NCBI GenBank assembly: GCA_951406725.2
Contig: OX597815.1
Coordinates: forward strand, 121,396,001-121,460,000
DNA: 64,000 bases
Origin: Octopus vulgaris
Taxonomy: Eukaryota
Direction: 5' to 3'
Below, in pieces: positions 22,700 to 35,749 of the stretch. How positions within the stretch are numbered: the first letter of the stretch is position 1; every line of letters begins with the position of its first letter. A program made the translations under genes and the position numbers. A model generated the notes under the pieces. It saw only the letters and a list, made by a program, of their open reading frames with translations, had not been told where the DNA came from and did not search any database.

Positions 22700-24170
22700 A
22701 ATACAGAAGTTAGCAAGCATGTTTCGGAACTATAAAATGTACTTGCCAATCACGCAATAAAACAGGAAAGTATATTCTGTTTATTTGAAAAATCGACTTA
22801 AGAGGGTTAACTTAAAATCTGTAGATAATAGTTGGTAAATAAATATATAAGAACATACTTACATACTATACTGGTAAATACTATACCGTTTGTCCATTCA
22901 AATTATTAATGCTTCATGGAACGACTCTTCTTTACTTTAGTCCCATTGGTAATTTTAAAGAAAATCTCTATATTATATTAAAGCAGCATGCTATATTTAA
23001 ATTCCCCAGTCATTTAGTTCTTTTGTCTTTAAATTAAGATGTTGATACTCAGTAACTGGAACAAATGTAACCTACTGCCTTACGTAGGTTTAACTTTAAG
23101 ATGTCTATATTAATTATTCATTTACTTAAATGGTATGAGTTTAAAAAAAACGACCTTGTAATTGGCTCAAGCCTAATGGTTTCGAGAAATCTCTGATTTC
23201 CTCAAAATGATGACAACAAACAGTGTTTGGTGTCAGTTCAACATGAAAAGAAACAGTTACTGTTTGATTGTTTCAAGTAGCTATTTCTTGCTACCAACGC
23301 AAGTCACTGATTGTGATTAACTGTCTTGTTTCAAAACAATCTGGCTGCAGCCAATAATATGTTAACACATGGCTCCCTGTGGATATCTTGTCAGAAAGAA
23401 ATCTATTTATCTTCTTGGCTTTGTAGTTTGAAACGGTTTGCTTAATGCAAGCACTGAACCGGCCAGAATATCACTAAGCATGACGCTGCTATACATATGT
23501 TCACACAGCGATTGTATTACTATTTTATTTGTCTATGTGCCAAACTACTTTGAAGATGGGTTGAAAGATAAATTATCTCTTCTTTTTGAATTAATCTTGA
23601 GTAGATTCCTCTCGTGATATTCGCTGACTTCTGTGCTAAAATCATTGACTTATTGGTCTTGACTTATATCACATATATAAATGAAAATAAGTAGAAGCTT
23701 TCTGAGTCTTTTTATATTCTTGGCCTTGCATACTCACCGTGACAGTACAACATACTTTAAAATCACTTTAAAATCACCATAAGATGAACCACATACACAG
23801 ATATTTCTACTGAGTTGTGCGTCCAGCTGATAGAGGTGATAACGATGCTCTCGTTAAGTGCAAGAGAAAGGATTTCATTTTCCACAATAAGAATAGTGCT
23901 GTTTGTCAGTGTTACAAGAGATGAAAGATCTTTAATGTTATATATTTTTCATAAACTGCTATCAGAGACACTCAACGAACGGTTTAAGGTGGTTTAGTCT
24001 AAGCTGAGACAACAATACTCAACAATCGAACTCCTATTTAACTGATTTCGTAATAGTATCGAAATACTTAGACATACAAAAACAAAAAGTATACCAAAAA
24101 TATGTTCAGGAAAAAATATTTTTCATGCGTTAATGCAGGCATTATAAAACCCAGCTTTGTATACAGAAAC
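22700..24170 (-). pseudogene. Highly decayed hAT (SPIN/Charlie-like) transposase
   Basis: Minus-strand remnants LSLALNES (cf. FSLALDES), IHREP and SLAHRQ in the expected order. Confidence 0.45.
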
Positions 24171-24344
24171 TGGGGTGACATTTTAAAAGATTTTGGAGAT
24201 AAATTGGTACGTCTTGTATGTCATCAAATACAATAATTAAGAGGAGATGAGGAGGAAGGGCACAGTCAATCTAGGAATAGAGCTACCATTCTAAGCTGCT
24301 CGAATACAGTAGTTACATACGGATTTAACCCACCTGTAACAGAA

Positions 24345-24880
24345 AAGAGCAAAGGGTGCTCTTTTGATATGTGATCTACAAGAGAGATTACTTTAGGTTA
24401 CATTTTTACTTTTCACTTTCTAAAAACCCGTAAGATGTTGGCTAAAGATTTTTACAATGTGATCAGCGACGAGAAGGCAGTTGCATTTTTACAAGAAACT
24501 AGAAGGCAGTTGTATTTTTACAAAAAACTAGAAGACAGTTGCATTTTTACAAAAAACTAGCATTAAATTCACATCATTTCTTAAGAAAAAGAAACGTGCC
24601 ACTTTGACGTGTGATCTACAATTTAAATAGGAGATTACTTTAGATTACTTTTTAGTTTACTTTGTGTTAGTGCTACTTTGCGTGTGATCTACGTGAGCAA
24701 ATTTTCTTTGGCAGGTGATCTATGCGCTTATTTTTAATTATTAAATGGTTTTCTTATCAAAATAGTAAGAATTTTGAAAAAATACAATTACAATGCTAAG
24801 TATGTACAAAATGATTTAAAAAGTAACGTAATCTCCCTTGTAGATCATACGCTAAAGGAGGGCCGAGTAAAAACCAAAAG
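24345..24880 (+). mobile_element. DNA transposon remnant with repeated GTGATCTAC motifs and a 30 bp x3 tandem repeat
   Basis: GTGATCTA at ~24372, 24612, 24684, 24715 and inverted near 24840; tandem AGAAGGCAGTTGCATTTTTACAAGAAACT at 24472-24560. Confidence 0.45.
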
Positions 24881-26802
24881 GACTTGAAAGGCATCAACAT
24901 TTTCTCAGTACTTACTGAGCATACAACAACGGTTGGTTTACCACTGATATTACTATACAATGGTTTGAAAAGTATTTTGAGACAAAACCAGAGGATATGG
25001 CGTATCTGTTGACCACTCATAAACTTATAAAATCCTTTAAATTTTGAAAACTATTAAACTTACTCCAGAGTTGAAGTCCTGTATAAGAACAATATTTTTA
25101 CTGTGTATTTATCATCAAACTGTACAATTCTTATTCAACCACACATTCAAATGATATTGCAACCTACGATAGCGAAATATCGCTCACTTTTTTCAAACGT
25201 ATGATAGATGTGATAAATAACGATAATCTTATAAGGACATTTGTTAAGGAAGTTCTCCAGTTTGTTGCTTGTAGCTGGGGTAATGTGAAATATCAACACT
25301 AAAGTATGAATGGTATTAATTGTGGCCTACCGTGGGGTTTGAGAATGCGCCTGTAACGACGAAGTTTGCTGTGAAGATTCATCAGAAAAAAGGTCAGTTA
25401 CAAGGACAATGAAGTTTAACATCAAGATGCACAGGAAAAATGAATAAGAAAAATATTTGCTTGATTATCAATGTGACCGTTTATTAAGCTGATTATAATA
25501 TTAGTCGTTATAATATACAAAAAACATACAACTTCGTCAAGTTGTTTGTGTGTACATAATTTGTTCGTAGATCTCCATTTTGCATAATATTTAGTTGGTT
25601 TGATCTGTGTGACTGCTAGGGAGAAAGGCAAAATAAAAGGAATGTATGCAGAGAGAAACGATTAGAGGTCTACCTTCTCACGCATTAATCAACATAATTC
25701 TTTGACCTGAGACGGGTCGACCACAAAAATAAAGGAAAAGCTTACTCTTCAGCCAGACGCCGGATGACCAAAAGAGAGCGACTGATATTTACTTGTGTAT
25801 TTATAATCTTGCTAACTAAAGTAGATCGAGCTAAAACACTAGGGTTCTTCGTTCCTAATCTGACCTGAGAATGTCTCGAGAAAAGTCTCGAGAAAAGTCT
25901 GAGGTCAGTTTTTTCTCATCGATGCAACTGGTGAAGACAACAGCCTGAGAACTTATTTGACAATGTGGAAAAATGTGGATTCGTCTTCGAATCTTAGCTA
26001 AGGTATTCTTTAGCTGTTTGTTACACACCTGATGAAAATGGTGACAATAGTTTAAAATATTTCATGATCATTGGAGAAAGAAATTGTAAATAAGTCGTTT
26101 GAAAATGTCAATATGGCAGCAGATCTGATGCCATGGAAATAATTAGTAGCTTAATGAAGAAAATCTTTCGGTGGATAAATATCGATGAAGAAACATTTAT
26201 TGTATATCACTGTACTAACTCTGCAATTATAAATATGGTTGTTAATTCTGGTGAAAACAATCAAAATTAAATGATCGTCAAGTTGATGAAAATGAAGCAG
26301 CTGTAGCTGAAAGCTTAATTAATATTGACAAGATATTGGGAGAAGGGACTAAAGGGGTTGATTGGCGTTCTTTGATGATGGTATAAGGTGTAATAAATAA
26401 TTTGACGCATGAAAAATTACACACAGAACGATCTAAATATGTGAAACAACCTCGTTGGGATTAAATGTTTAGAAATATAACCAGGAAGAATGTATTAATG
26501 ATGTATTAAGAATTCCCATTTCAAATATTCCGGATATTTCTTCTGCAAGTTCACAAATCTATAGAGGAGCGATCATCTACGAAACAGTCACTAATTCTTA
26601 CAGCCTCCAACCCAGACTTTTGTGATTAGCTCTACACTGCCTGCTTTATTTCATTAAATGATTTAATTCTGTTAAATTTGCATTAACTGCAGCTTTTCAT
26701 TTAATTGATAATCCAGTTTCACTGATACAATTTGTATAAATAAGCTTGTAATATGTATAATCGTGTATTTCAATTCAATAATTTAATATTTGCTTAATTC
26801 AC

Positions 26803-27010
26803 GGCGGCGAGCTAGCAGAAACGTTAGCACTCCGGGCGAAATACTTAGCAGTATTTCGTCTGTCTTTACGTCCTGAGTTCAAATTCCTCCGAGGTCCACT
26901 TTGCCTTTCATCCGTTCAGGGTCGATAAATTAAGTACCAGTTACGTACTGGGGTCGATCTTATCGACTGGGCCCCTCCCCAAAAATTTCGGGCCTTGAGT
27001 AAAAAAGAAT
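26803..27010 (+). mobile_element. SINE family S2 (Nin/Deu-domain-like)
   Basis: GGCGGCGAGCTAGCAGAA head, B box GTTCAAATTCC, GCCTTTCATCCGTTCAGGGTCGATAAATTAAGTACCAG core; TSD-like AATATTTnnTTAATTC. Confidence 0.9.
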
Positions 27011-27910
27011 ATTTCTTTAATTCCAATTTCTAGCAGTGCATGGTGTTTTAGAGACAAAGTAGTATTGTGAAATTATTACGTGGCCTTAATTGGTCCGTAG
27101 AAACTAATAATGGGGAAAGGTTTTGAACCAAGGGTTCCAAGAATAGATGCAGTACCTATATAATCCTAAACTTAGTTCGTCATGAATATAATTTACAAGA
27201 GTAAATAAACTATAACAAAATTAGTCAAAAAACAAAAACATGTACACATCGCCTCAGTTGTGTCCTGAAACAGTGAATGTAGGTATTTCCATCTAAAAAT
27301 AAAGGAAACCCAAAATACTAGCAGCATTACAATGGAGGATCACGAGACTGGGGTACCGGAATAGCTAAGTGCTCTCACAAACATCACTTCGGTAAGACGA
27401 GACGCAAACGATGACAAAAAGACTTCGTTGTTAGCTGTCTGGTCCCCACAAACGTCTCAAATATGATCTAGTTACGATATTTCAGGATCCCGTGTCCTAC
27501 GAACACAGAAGCCCCCATTTCTGATGCTGTATTTAAAATGTGTGATGGAGCAAAAGAATCTCTAATATCAGTCCTATATGAAACACCTACCTCTAACTTA
27601 AGAGCAAAAGCTAAGTCCCCTCGAGTCTTTTTCCATCGTCCCTGAACAATCCCACTGGCTTTAGAATTGAGGGTATATTTACTCTGGTTAGGGCCTGTCT
27701 TATAATTAAATTTATCCCAGTCTGGTAAATTTAGTGACCAGCACTCAGTCGAAATGAAAATCATTGAAGAGCAACCCCTAAAAAAAGATTGAGGAACTCA
27801 TCACGTCGACACATCATCATGTACTCCAACTTTAAGAGCAATGGAAATGCGTAGCTCATTCGGCATGAGTAAACCACAAATATTGTCAAAAAACTAGCGC
27901 TTGCAAGACG

Positions 27911-28117
27911 CAGTGGTGCAGCTAGGAGGCTGGGCGATGGGTCCACCACGGGTGACACTTTTAGGGGTGGGGTGGCACTTTTAGGGGTGGGGTGGCACTT
28001 TTAGGGGTGGGGTGGCACTTTTGGGTCTGTTGGGTAAGCCTGAATGTGAGGCGAGGCGGAATGGGGCAGCAAGCTCAAGAGCAGCTCCGGGTAGCACACA
28101 TTCTAGCTACCCCGTTG
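27911..28117. mobile_element. hAT-like MITE with G-rich 20 bp tandem repeat
   Basis: Imperfect TIRs CAGTGGTGCAGCTAG / CTAGCTACCCCGTTG; (CACTTTTAGGGGTGGGGTGG)3 at 27956-28022. Confidence 0.6.
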
Positions 28118-28474
28118 ACAAAAAGTAAACGATATGATGAACGGTGATCAGATTAATCAAAAACAAAGTTGAAAATATGTTTCGACAGTAAATTGTCTCA
28201 AACGCTCAATGTCAATTTAGCCTCCTCTGGAACTAACAATCGAAGCTTCCCCCCATCCATACTAGTGAAGCGTCAGCCACTACCCGTTTGAAACAGCTCA
28301 AGTTGAAAAGGGGAGAATGTGGCTCACAAAGGAGGAAGAGTATGAACTGGGGAAAGGAAATAAGAGATACAGAGAAGAACATTTGTGTTAATCTAGACTC
28401 CGAAACGTCCGCGAAACGCAGCCTAATGAAGGATTCTGAACCAAGTTTAACATTGATCACTCGTTCGAGTTTCT

Positions 28475-28871
28475 TGTAACGTTACCCAAGAAGCCAGCGC
28501 CATTTTGTGCGAGATCTCACCGGCAGCCATTACCATGTCCGGGTCAAGAGCAAGATCTCGTCTACAACCATGTTTGCCATGCGCGAGACCACAGCGAGGC
28601 TCACGTGGACAACATCTATTTAAGGTGATTCTCTCTCTTGCGTTCACGCTCACGCTGAGCAACACTACAAACTGGCAGCTCACAGCAGATTCTTGTCCCA
28701 TTATCTCCAGACGTAACGTACCTCACGTGAACGGAGCTAAAACGAACTACGTGCTGCCGTACAGATGATTGCCGGGAGCGAACCCCATGGTTGAGAACTA
28801 AATAAACAGCCATTGAATTGCATCTGCTTGTAAGCTTCTTCTTCTTTCGAGTTCCAGATCCTAAGACTACA
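28475..28871 (+). mobile_element. Possible solo LTR
   Basis: TGTAAC...ACTACA termini, TATTTAA and AATAAA signals; no TSD found. Confidence 0.35.
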
Positions 28872-29221
28872 GAAAATAATTATAATGCGAGAAGGAGATA
28901 CTCCGCAGGTATCATGAACCTTCCAGTCCCATTATATTCTTATGAATTCTTATGAATTAAGTCGTCAAAAAGTTACAAAAATGTTTAATCCGAATGAGGA
29001 GCTAAGGATCGACAAAATAATTCTTATGAATAAAGAAAATAATTCTTCACGGTCTCAATTACATCAAAGTTTTCAAGTAATTTTTGAAGGCTTAACATCT
29101 CCGAAAGCAAGTTCAGGAATTAAAATTTCCTAGGATCTTTTGTAGGGGCACCTTACCGATTGAGAACGGGAGTGTGACAGAGGGAAAGAATTTTATGAAT
29201 ATACACACCATAACTTAATAT

Positions 29222-29433
29222 TGATCTCAAATTTTGACATAAGGCAAGCAATTTTGGAGAAGGGGCTAAGTCGAATACATTGCCCTCAGTGTTCAACTGG
29301 TACTTATTTTATCAACCCCGAAAGGATGAAAGGCAAAGTCGCTCTCGGTGTAATTTGAACTCAGAACGTAAAGATGGACGAAATGCCGCTAAGCATTTTT
29401 CCGGCGTGCTAATGACTCGCCAGCTCAACGCTT
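29222..29433 (-). mobile_element. SINE family S2
   Basis: Reverse complement of the 26803/36884 family. Confidence 0.85.
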
Positions 29434-29449
29434 TACCGTAACTTAATAT

Positions 29450-29664
29450 TGGTTTCAAATTCTAGCATAGGGCCGCCAATTTCGGGGGATGCGGTAAGTT
29501 GATTAAATGAACCCCAGCGTTCAACTGGTACTTATTTTATTGATTCTGAAAGGATGAAGGGCAAAGTCAATCTTGGCTGAATTTGAACTCGGAACGTAAA
29601 GACGGACGAAATGCTGGTAAGCATTTCACCCGGCGTGTCAATAATTCTGGTAGTTCGTCGCCTT
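29450..29664 (-). mobile_element. SINE family S2 (tandem with previous copy)
   Basis: Reverse complement of the 26803/36884 family. Confidence 0.85.
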
Positions 29665-29989
29665 GTCGTAACTTGATATTCCAAGAACGATTGATTAACT
29701 CTTTACTTGTCCTGTATATCATATGTGATAAACAAGACATACTTCTTTGGCATGTAATCATCATATATAATGCACAATCCGAAATTTTTTCAACTCCAAG
29801 AGTTGGGATTTATGAAAGGAAAGCTATATACTGCTCAGAACGTATGAAACAAGGGCTAACTACAAGTCTATTATTTAAATGCTTTGGGCAGGCAAAAAGT
29901 TAAGTATCATAAGTTCATAAATAGAACCGTCAATTTGAAAACCCTGTCCCCATGATCAGAGTCCCTAGTCATCTTCAACTTCGGTGTAG

Positions 29990-30250
29990 TAAGAGTCCAT
30001 CTAACCCACCAAAAATATGCATCATCAAGGTACCAAACATTCAGATTCAACTTAGGCTCGATTCTGTCAGTAGTATCAATATCCAGCGCAAACAGTGCAG
30101 GAAGAAAGAAATAGTCACCGACGTAAAACACACATTTTACCCAGTAACAGATTTGAATACATGCCAACACAAGTGCCTCACTCGACCTGCAAGAAATAGC
30201 AGCCAAATCTCACCCAGATCACACCTGCTAACTTTGGAAAGGAAATAACA
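29990..30250 (-). pseudogene. Non-LTR RT fragment (CRE-like)
   Basis: ORF 29907-30206: PALFALDI...LNLNVWYLDDA. Confidence 0.55.
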
Positions 30251-30719
30251 AGCCAGATGATGTAGATGGGATGATCACGACTGGAATGCTCATGATCATA
30301 GGTCTGTTCAATCAGGGTTGACTTGAATCGAAACAACAATAGCAGCAGCATTCAAGACTTTTTGATATTTGAATGTGTAGACATATTGAACAACTTGGTT
30401 TAATTTTAAAAACACCGAGTCCAGACAAAGCTATTTCACTGTCCATTAGCTTACACCGTATGAGATCCTGTCATGTTTTCTGTAGGTCAACTGATGAAAG
30501 TTAAAATGATGTTCCTTGCCAAAAACTCTTCGTGCAGCTGTCTCACCAGTAGCATGACATTTCGTACCCACATCTTTAATTCAAATATTCAAACCTTCCC
30601 ATCCATTCTATCTGTTTCAACTCTTGTCCTGCTTTTCTTTGACTTTTACCACCTCCATTATATCTGGCACTGTCCCAATACAGCTATAACTAAATAGTTT
30701 ACATTAAAAGCGTGTGGGC

Positions 30720-31055
30720 GCGCACATACACACATACACACACACACACACACGTACGCACGTTCACATAGGTAGTAACCTCCGTCACCGTCACACACAC
30801 TGCACACACACACTGCACACACACACTGCACACACACACACACATGTATATATATATATATATACATATACACATGCATACACTTATATGTCTAATATAC
30901 ATATATATTCATACACATAAAAATGCATACACACATATCCATACACACACACACACATATATATGCATAAATATATATACATATAATACATATGTATACA
31001 TATATATAGATATATGTATATGCATATATATACACATACACAGATACATAGTATC

Positions 31056-31088
<33 letters not shown>

Positions 31089-31200
31089 TCATACGTACAT
31101 GCATATATAAATATATATATACACATATATATATATACACTTATATAGGTAGACACATATGTATATGTATATGTATATATATGCATGTGTACACTCACAT
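30720..31200. repeat. Compound (CA)n/(TA)n microsatellite
   Basis: Directly visible. Confidence 0.95.
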
Positions 31201-32699
31201 ATGTGAGTGATAAAAAGGAAATGTGAAAAAAGTCTTTGTGTATGTATCAGAAAGGCAGAGAGAGGGGAGAGAGAGAAGAAAGAGAGAGACAAACAGGACA
31301 AACAGTCAATCAAAGCAGATAGAGAAAGGAAAGAAGAGTAACTTTCAATAAACAATGTGTCACTTGCTCTTCTTTTGAACAGATTCATAAATGGAATTTG
31401 CTTCATAAAAAAAAAACTTTTTTTAGATTATCAATGCCTGCAGAGAAAGCTCTTCAAAAATGGAGAGTTTTAACTGCATCGAACTAGTTTAATCTATTAA
31501 TGTTTATTATCATGCACGATGGGCCTGTAAGCGGGACATGTAGGGTATATAATGTATACGGGTCTATGTATTTCTGGGATCTCTGAAAATATGTATTTTG
31601 TATCCCCTGATAAAATTCCACTCGGCGGCCCTGTAGATTCATGTATAGTACGTATGTACAAACACACATACATATTCCTTATGTAGAAATGAAAGTAATA
31701 GGAAAAACAGAGAAATCTATCAAATCGATACTATAAGTCATACTCAAGAAAATACCTCGCTGTGACCACTGCAAAGGGTGCACAACTAGTCCAAAAATAA
31801 AATGGCAAAACTAGAGACGTTGAGTGCCATATGAGATGCATTGAGAGGTGATATAAGAACACTACCACAGCATACACAGGAGAGACATCGCGTAGCTTAA
31901 ATGAAAAAATTGCTGTACACTGAAGAGAGTACAATGAAAAGAAACAAACATACATACTCTACCATCGAGTAATGCAATGGTTTAATAAAGACGTTAAAGT
32001 AAAATATTTTTCCAGACTTCCAGAAGATCTAACTTTACGATAGACTCCGAAAGCTATACAATTAAAAGAGACAGACCCACATACACCCACTAATATGAAG
32101 AACGAGTGGAGTAACAATGCCGCTTCCCGTCAAGCACAACCCACCACCACAATAATCTTTCTTTTTAACAGCCGATATAAATGCTGGTAGGCTGGTTAGT
32201 TGGTTAGTTGGTTGATTTCTCCAGGCACGTATTTCCATCATATAAGAGAGGGGAAGAGTGTAAAAAAAAAGAAGAGTGCATATACTAGGTTTGGTGATAG
32301 GCAGTGAGTAAAGGAAGGCTACACAATGGGGAAGAAAGAATCAGCGACAGAAGAAGTGGAAGAGAGAGTGCAAATGTCCCAACAATATTCTTTTTAGAAT
32401 TGGTATTCATCTCATCATTTTGTGCAGGCACCAAGAAATTTGAGAAAAAATGAATTATAATTATTGTACACATGCAATATTTCCTAGTACTCATGGTGGA
32501 AAAAATATAACAAGTAACACAAATAATGTTGAAATAAATCCAAAAGGGACTGGAGTCACCCAATATGGGCATACATGCAGTGGTGGACTGGGTCCAAAAA
32601 TATTGATTGCCAGGAGACTAAGGAAGCCCACCCGCAACTACAATGCTATCATTTAATTTTTTTTTCTCGATAGTGCGTCACGTCAATGGCTAACCTTTT

Positions 32700-33345
32700 C
32701 CAGTTTTCCGCTACTTGTATCGCTTTCCTATTTCGTGTGTGCTCGGGACAGGATAGATCAATTGGCACCTGTTGCAACTCTCCACTATCCTCCGAACCTT
32801 CTCCCTGTTGACATTGGGTTCGATCGTCCTAGCCAACTCCCATGTGGTGCATGTTGTGCATCCTCTTTAGTTCTGTGCCCTGCAGCCAACAAACCGCTGC
32901 TACCCCACTCAGAATATCCTCTACTGTTTCCAACCGATACTTTTTCACTCTGGTCAGAACGTCCGCCTTATTCTTTTCCGAGGGCACAAACACCACATGC
33001 AACTCCAGGTCGAACTCGGCAGCTAGCTCCTTCAGGATTCCCAGGCAATGCTTAATTACCATTTCTGCAGCCTCTTTCGTACGAATCCTCTTCTGGTTGG
33101 TGATCACTGATTCCACCCACCTTCACACTGTGGCACAATCAGTCTGGACCTCGATGGTTCACAGTCCCCATCTCAATGCTAAGTTGACGGCCTTCAGCAC
33201 AACATCCAGTTCGGCTACATTGATATGGTTATAATCGTCCTTCTTACTAAGCCACGCTGCATCTTCCGCCTCGATACCTCCTATTTCCAGCGTGACTCCC
33301 AATACTATGCTGCTTGCGTCGCACCACACGTTCCCCAGGCATGTA
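32700..33345 (-). pseudogene. LTR retrotransposon (Gypsy-like) RNase H and integrase N-terminus remnant
   Basis: Minus strand: VWCDASS...EDAAWL...HINVAELD...TDCAT...FVPSEKNKADVLTR...HNMHHMGV. Confidence 0.75.
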
Positions 33346-33634
33346 CCAGCTGTCCTCCACTGGATCTTCTACTCGCACTCTCTCCAAGACCTCTCGCATC
33401 ATCACCATCATCTCTCTCACTTTATCGCCCCGGTGAACGGTCTCAACACATCACTACCGATTCTGACTTTTGTGGTCATTGCAAAAAGAAACAAAAAACA
33501 GGAAGAACAAAAGCAACAGAAAAGTATAAAAAATCCACATCTCAGACATGTCCTCGCAGATGGTAACAACGTGCCGAAATAGCTTCGTGAAGGCTCGAAA
33601 ATAAAGTTCTTAGATCGACTTACAATAGGGTATC

Positions 33635-35286
33635 GCCGGCAGGCGAAATTTTTTTCCCACTAGAGTTTCGGACTCCAGTAATGAACTCATTTGCATACAA
33701 CCAATCAGAGCTCACCTTGACCTTGTTTTCAAGTTAACAAAGGTTGGCGTTCAAAATGGCGACCCCCGATTACCATGCGAATCTTGTATTGAACAACGCA
33801 AAAGATGAATCTCATTGTGCTGACCGTGACGATGACTGCATGGAGTCGAACGATCAGAAAAATGAAAATGATGGAGTTGACTGCGAGGATCTGGAGATTT
33901 CAGACAGTGAACGCGATGATGTGACAAATACACGGCTAGAAAATTTACACTTGCAACGCTCTCTTCAAAATAAATTGATACACGGCACAATTTAGGGAAT
34001 TGGGATCTATTCCATCTCAATCACAGATTTTTTAATTAATTTTTTTAAACTAATTTTTTAAAACTAGACAGTTTGAAACTTCGAATACTGGTAGTATTTC
34101 TCATGTAGAACACGGTTTACTCTGAACGTTTTTGACAAAATATCGTATTTTAGAAGTTATTTCGTATTAAAGTTGTTGTATTTGGGTAATTTCAACCAAT
34201 CAACGACGTGTATTCGGTTGAAGAAAGCTACTGCCGTTTGCGATATTAATCAAAGAGGAACAACTTCTGAGTCATCTCAACTAAATGTTACCACTTTGTT
34301 CGAAGAATCAACGCCATCGAAGAATCAACACCAAGAAGGACACGCGGTTGCACATCAAAATCAAGTGCTGAGAATGGAAGTGACCCAATAATCAATGGGC
34401 TAAACAAAGCTGTTTTTTCTTTACAGCAAAGTTATGTTCAAGACAAAGAATTCCTTGGGGGACCAGGGAAAAAATTCATCAAGCAACTTCCGGAACAGAT
34501 ACTGCGTTAGCTTCCACGCTTCATTGCTTTGTTCGATATTCTGGTGTGACACATGTTCTTGGCAAGAAAAAACGAAAATCTCTAGTAATAGTGCGATTTT
34601 CCCCCCACAAAACGAATATTTCTAGTCAGTATGAAGACAATTGATGTGCAACCAACTGCAGCATCCAGGAGAAAGATGGTTGGTGGTGGCAGAAATTGCA
34701 TTGGTGCTGGCAGACCGTTGAAGGATTGTATGAAAAGTATGAAAGGAAGGGTTCCGTTCAGCTCTCAAATTATGTCTAGACGCAAAGCCCAACAAAACAT
34801 TCATGAATTGTTAAAAACAACCAGTTTCTTGAAAAAACACACTCTATCAAGTAAACTCAAGACGAAGAACGGTGCTGTAAGTCGACCGATCGCCAAGTTA
34901 TGCCTGATTTTAGGAGACAAGTAATTAAATAGATTTGAATCTATACCTATTATCGGATTTTGTTAGGGCCCCATATGGTAAAGATGTGGATGGGGAAAAT
35001 GTGGGTAGAGGGTGATGTGCTTGTAACCCTCTCCCCTTACTGTTTTACAAAGTAAACAACAACACAAATAACTATGCAGAGGTAGCCATGGTTGAAACAA
35101 GAACAACAACCATTATTAAAATAGAAAAAAGCATGGTCATTCCTTACCCAAATGACCTTATCTTATCGTCCATCACTTGTTATGTGCTCATAAATTAGTT
35201 TGATAGTTGAGCTCTGATTGGCTGTATGCAAATGAGTTCATAACTGGGGTCCGGAACTCTCGTCAGAAAACAATTTCGCCGCCGGC
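33635..35286 (+). mobile_element. DNA transposon derivative with ~80 bp TIRs
   Basis: 33635-33714 mirrors 35208-35286; acidic short ORF 33744-33995; PFSSQIMSRRK in ORF 34631-34924 is weakly piggyBac-like; superfamily unresolved. Confidence 0.75.
34001..34230 (-). mobile_element. Fragment of a MITE related to 14415-14835, nested in the TIR element
   Basis: Minus strand shares ACGTCnTTGATTGGTTGAAATT and CTACCAGTATnCGAAGTTT; ends in GGGATCT. Confidence 0.55.
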
Positions 35287-35560
35287 AGATTGTTCAATTG
35301 TTAACACGTGTTGCCACGACCTCTCTTCATCACGTCTAGCCTCTACCGCTCACGGCATGAAAAAAGAGCAAAACTTTTCTTCTCACTCGCCGACATGACG
35401 TCATCTCTCCCCTATTCCCAAACACACACACGCACTTTCTATCTTCCTTCTATCACAGACTCTGCCCAAATATAACAATATTTTGACACAAAATCTCGAC
35501 ACAGTTTCAGATCAAAATTCTTGGAACACAAATAGTTTGTGTATGTGTGTGTGTGTGAGT

Positions 35561-35591
<31 letters not shown>

Positions 35592-35705
35592 TGAGAGAGA
35601 GAGAGAAAGTGAGAGAGAGAGAGTGCGCTCGCATATGTAAACTTCCATGCATTGGGTTGGGGCTAATCTTCTTAATTTTTAACTAAAAAACTTTTTTCAC
35701 GCACG

Positions 35706-35749
<44 letters not shown>

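Noticed and set aside
24472-24560. 30 bp repeats as a CRISPR-like array (likewise 8660-8746 and 27956-28022)
   Set aside because: Head-to-tail tandem repeats without spacers, in eukaryotic DNA with no cas genes.
25640-26760. Possible Tigger/pogo remnant (WINIDEE)
   Set aside because: Too decayed; no catalytic motif or TIR could be confirmed.
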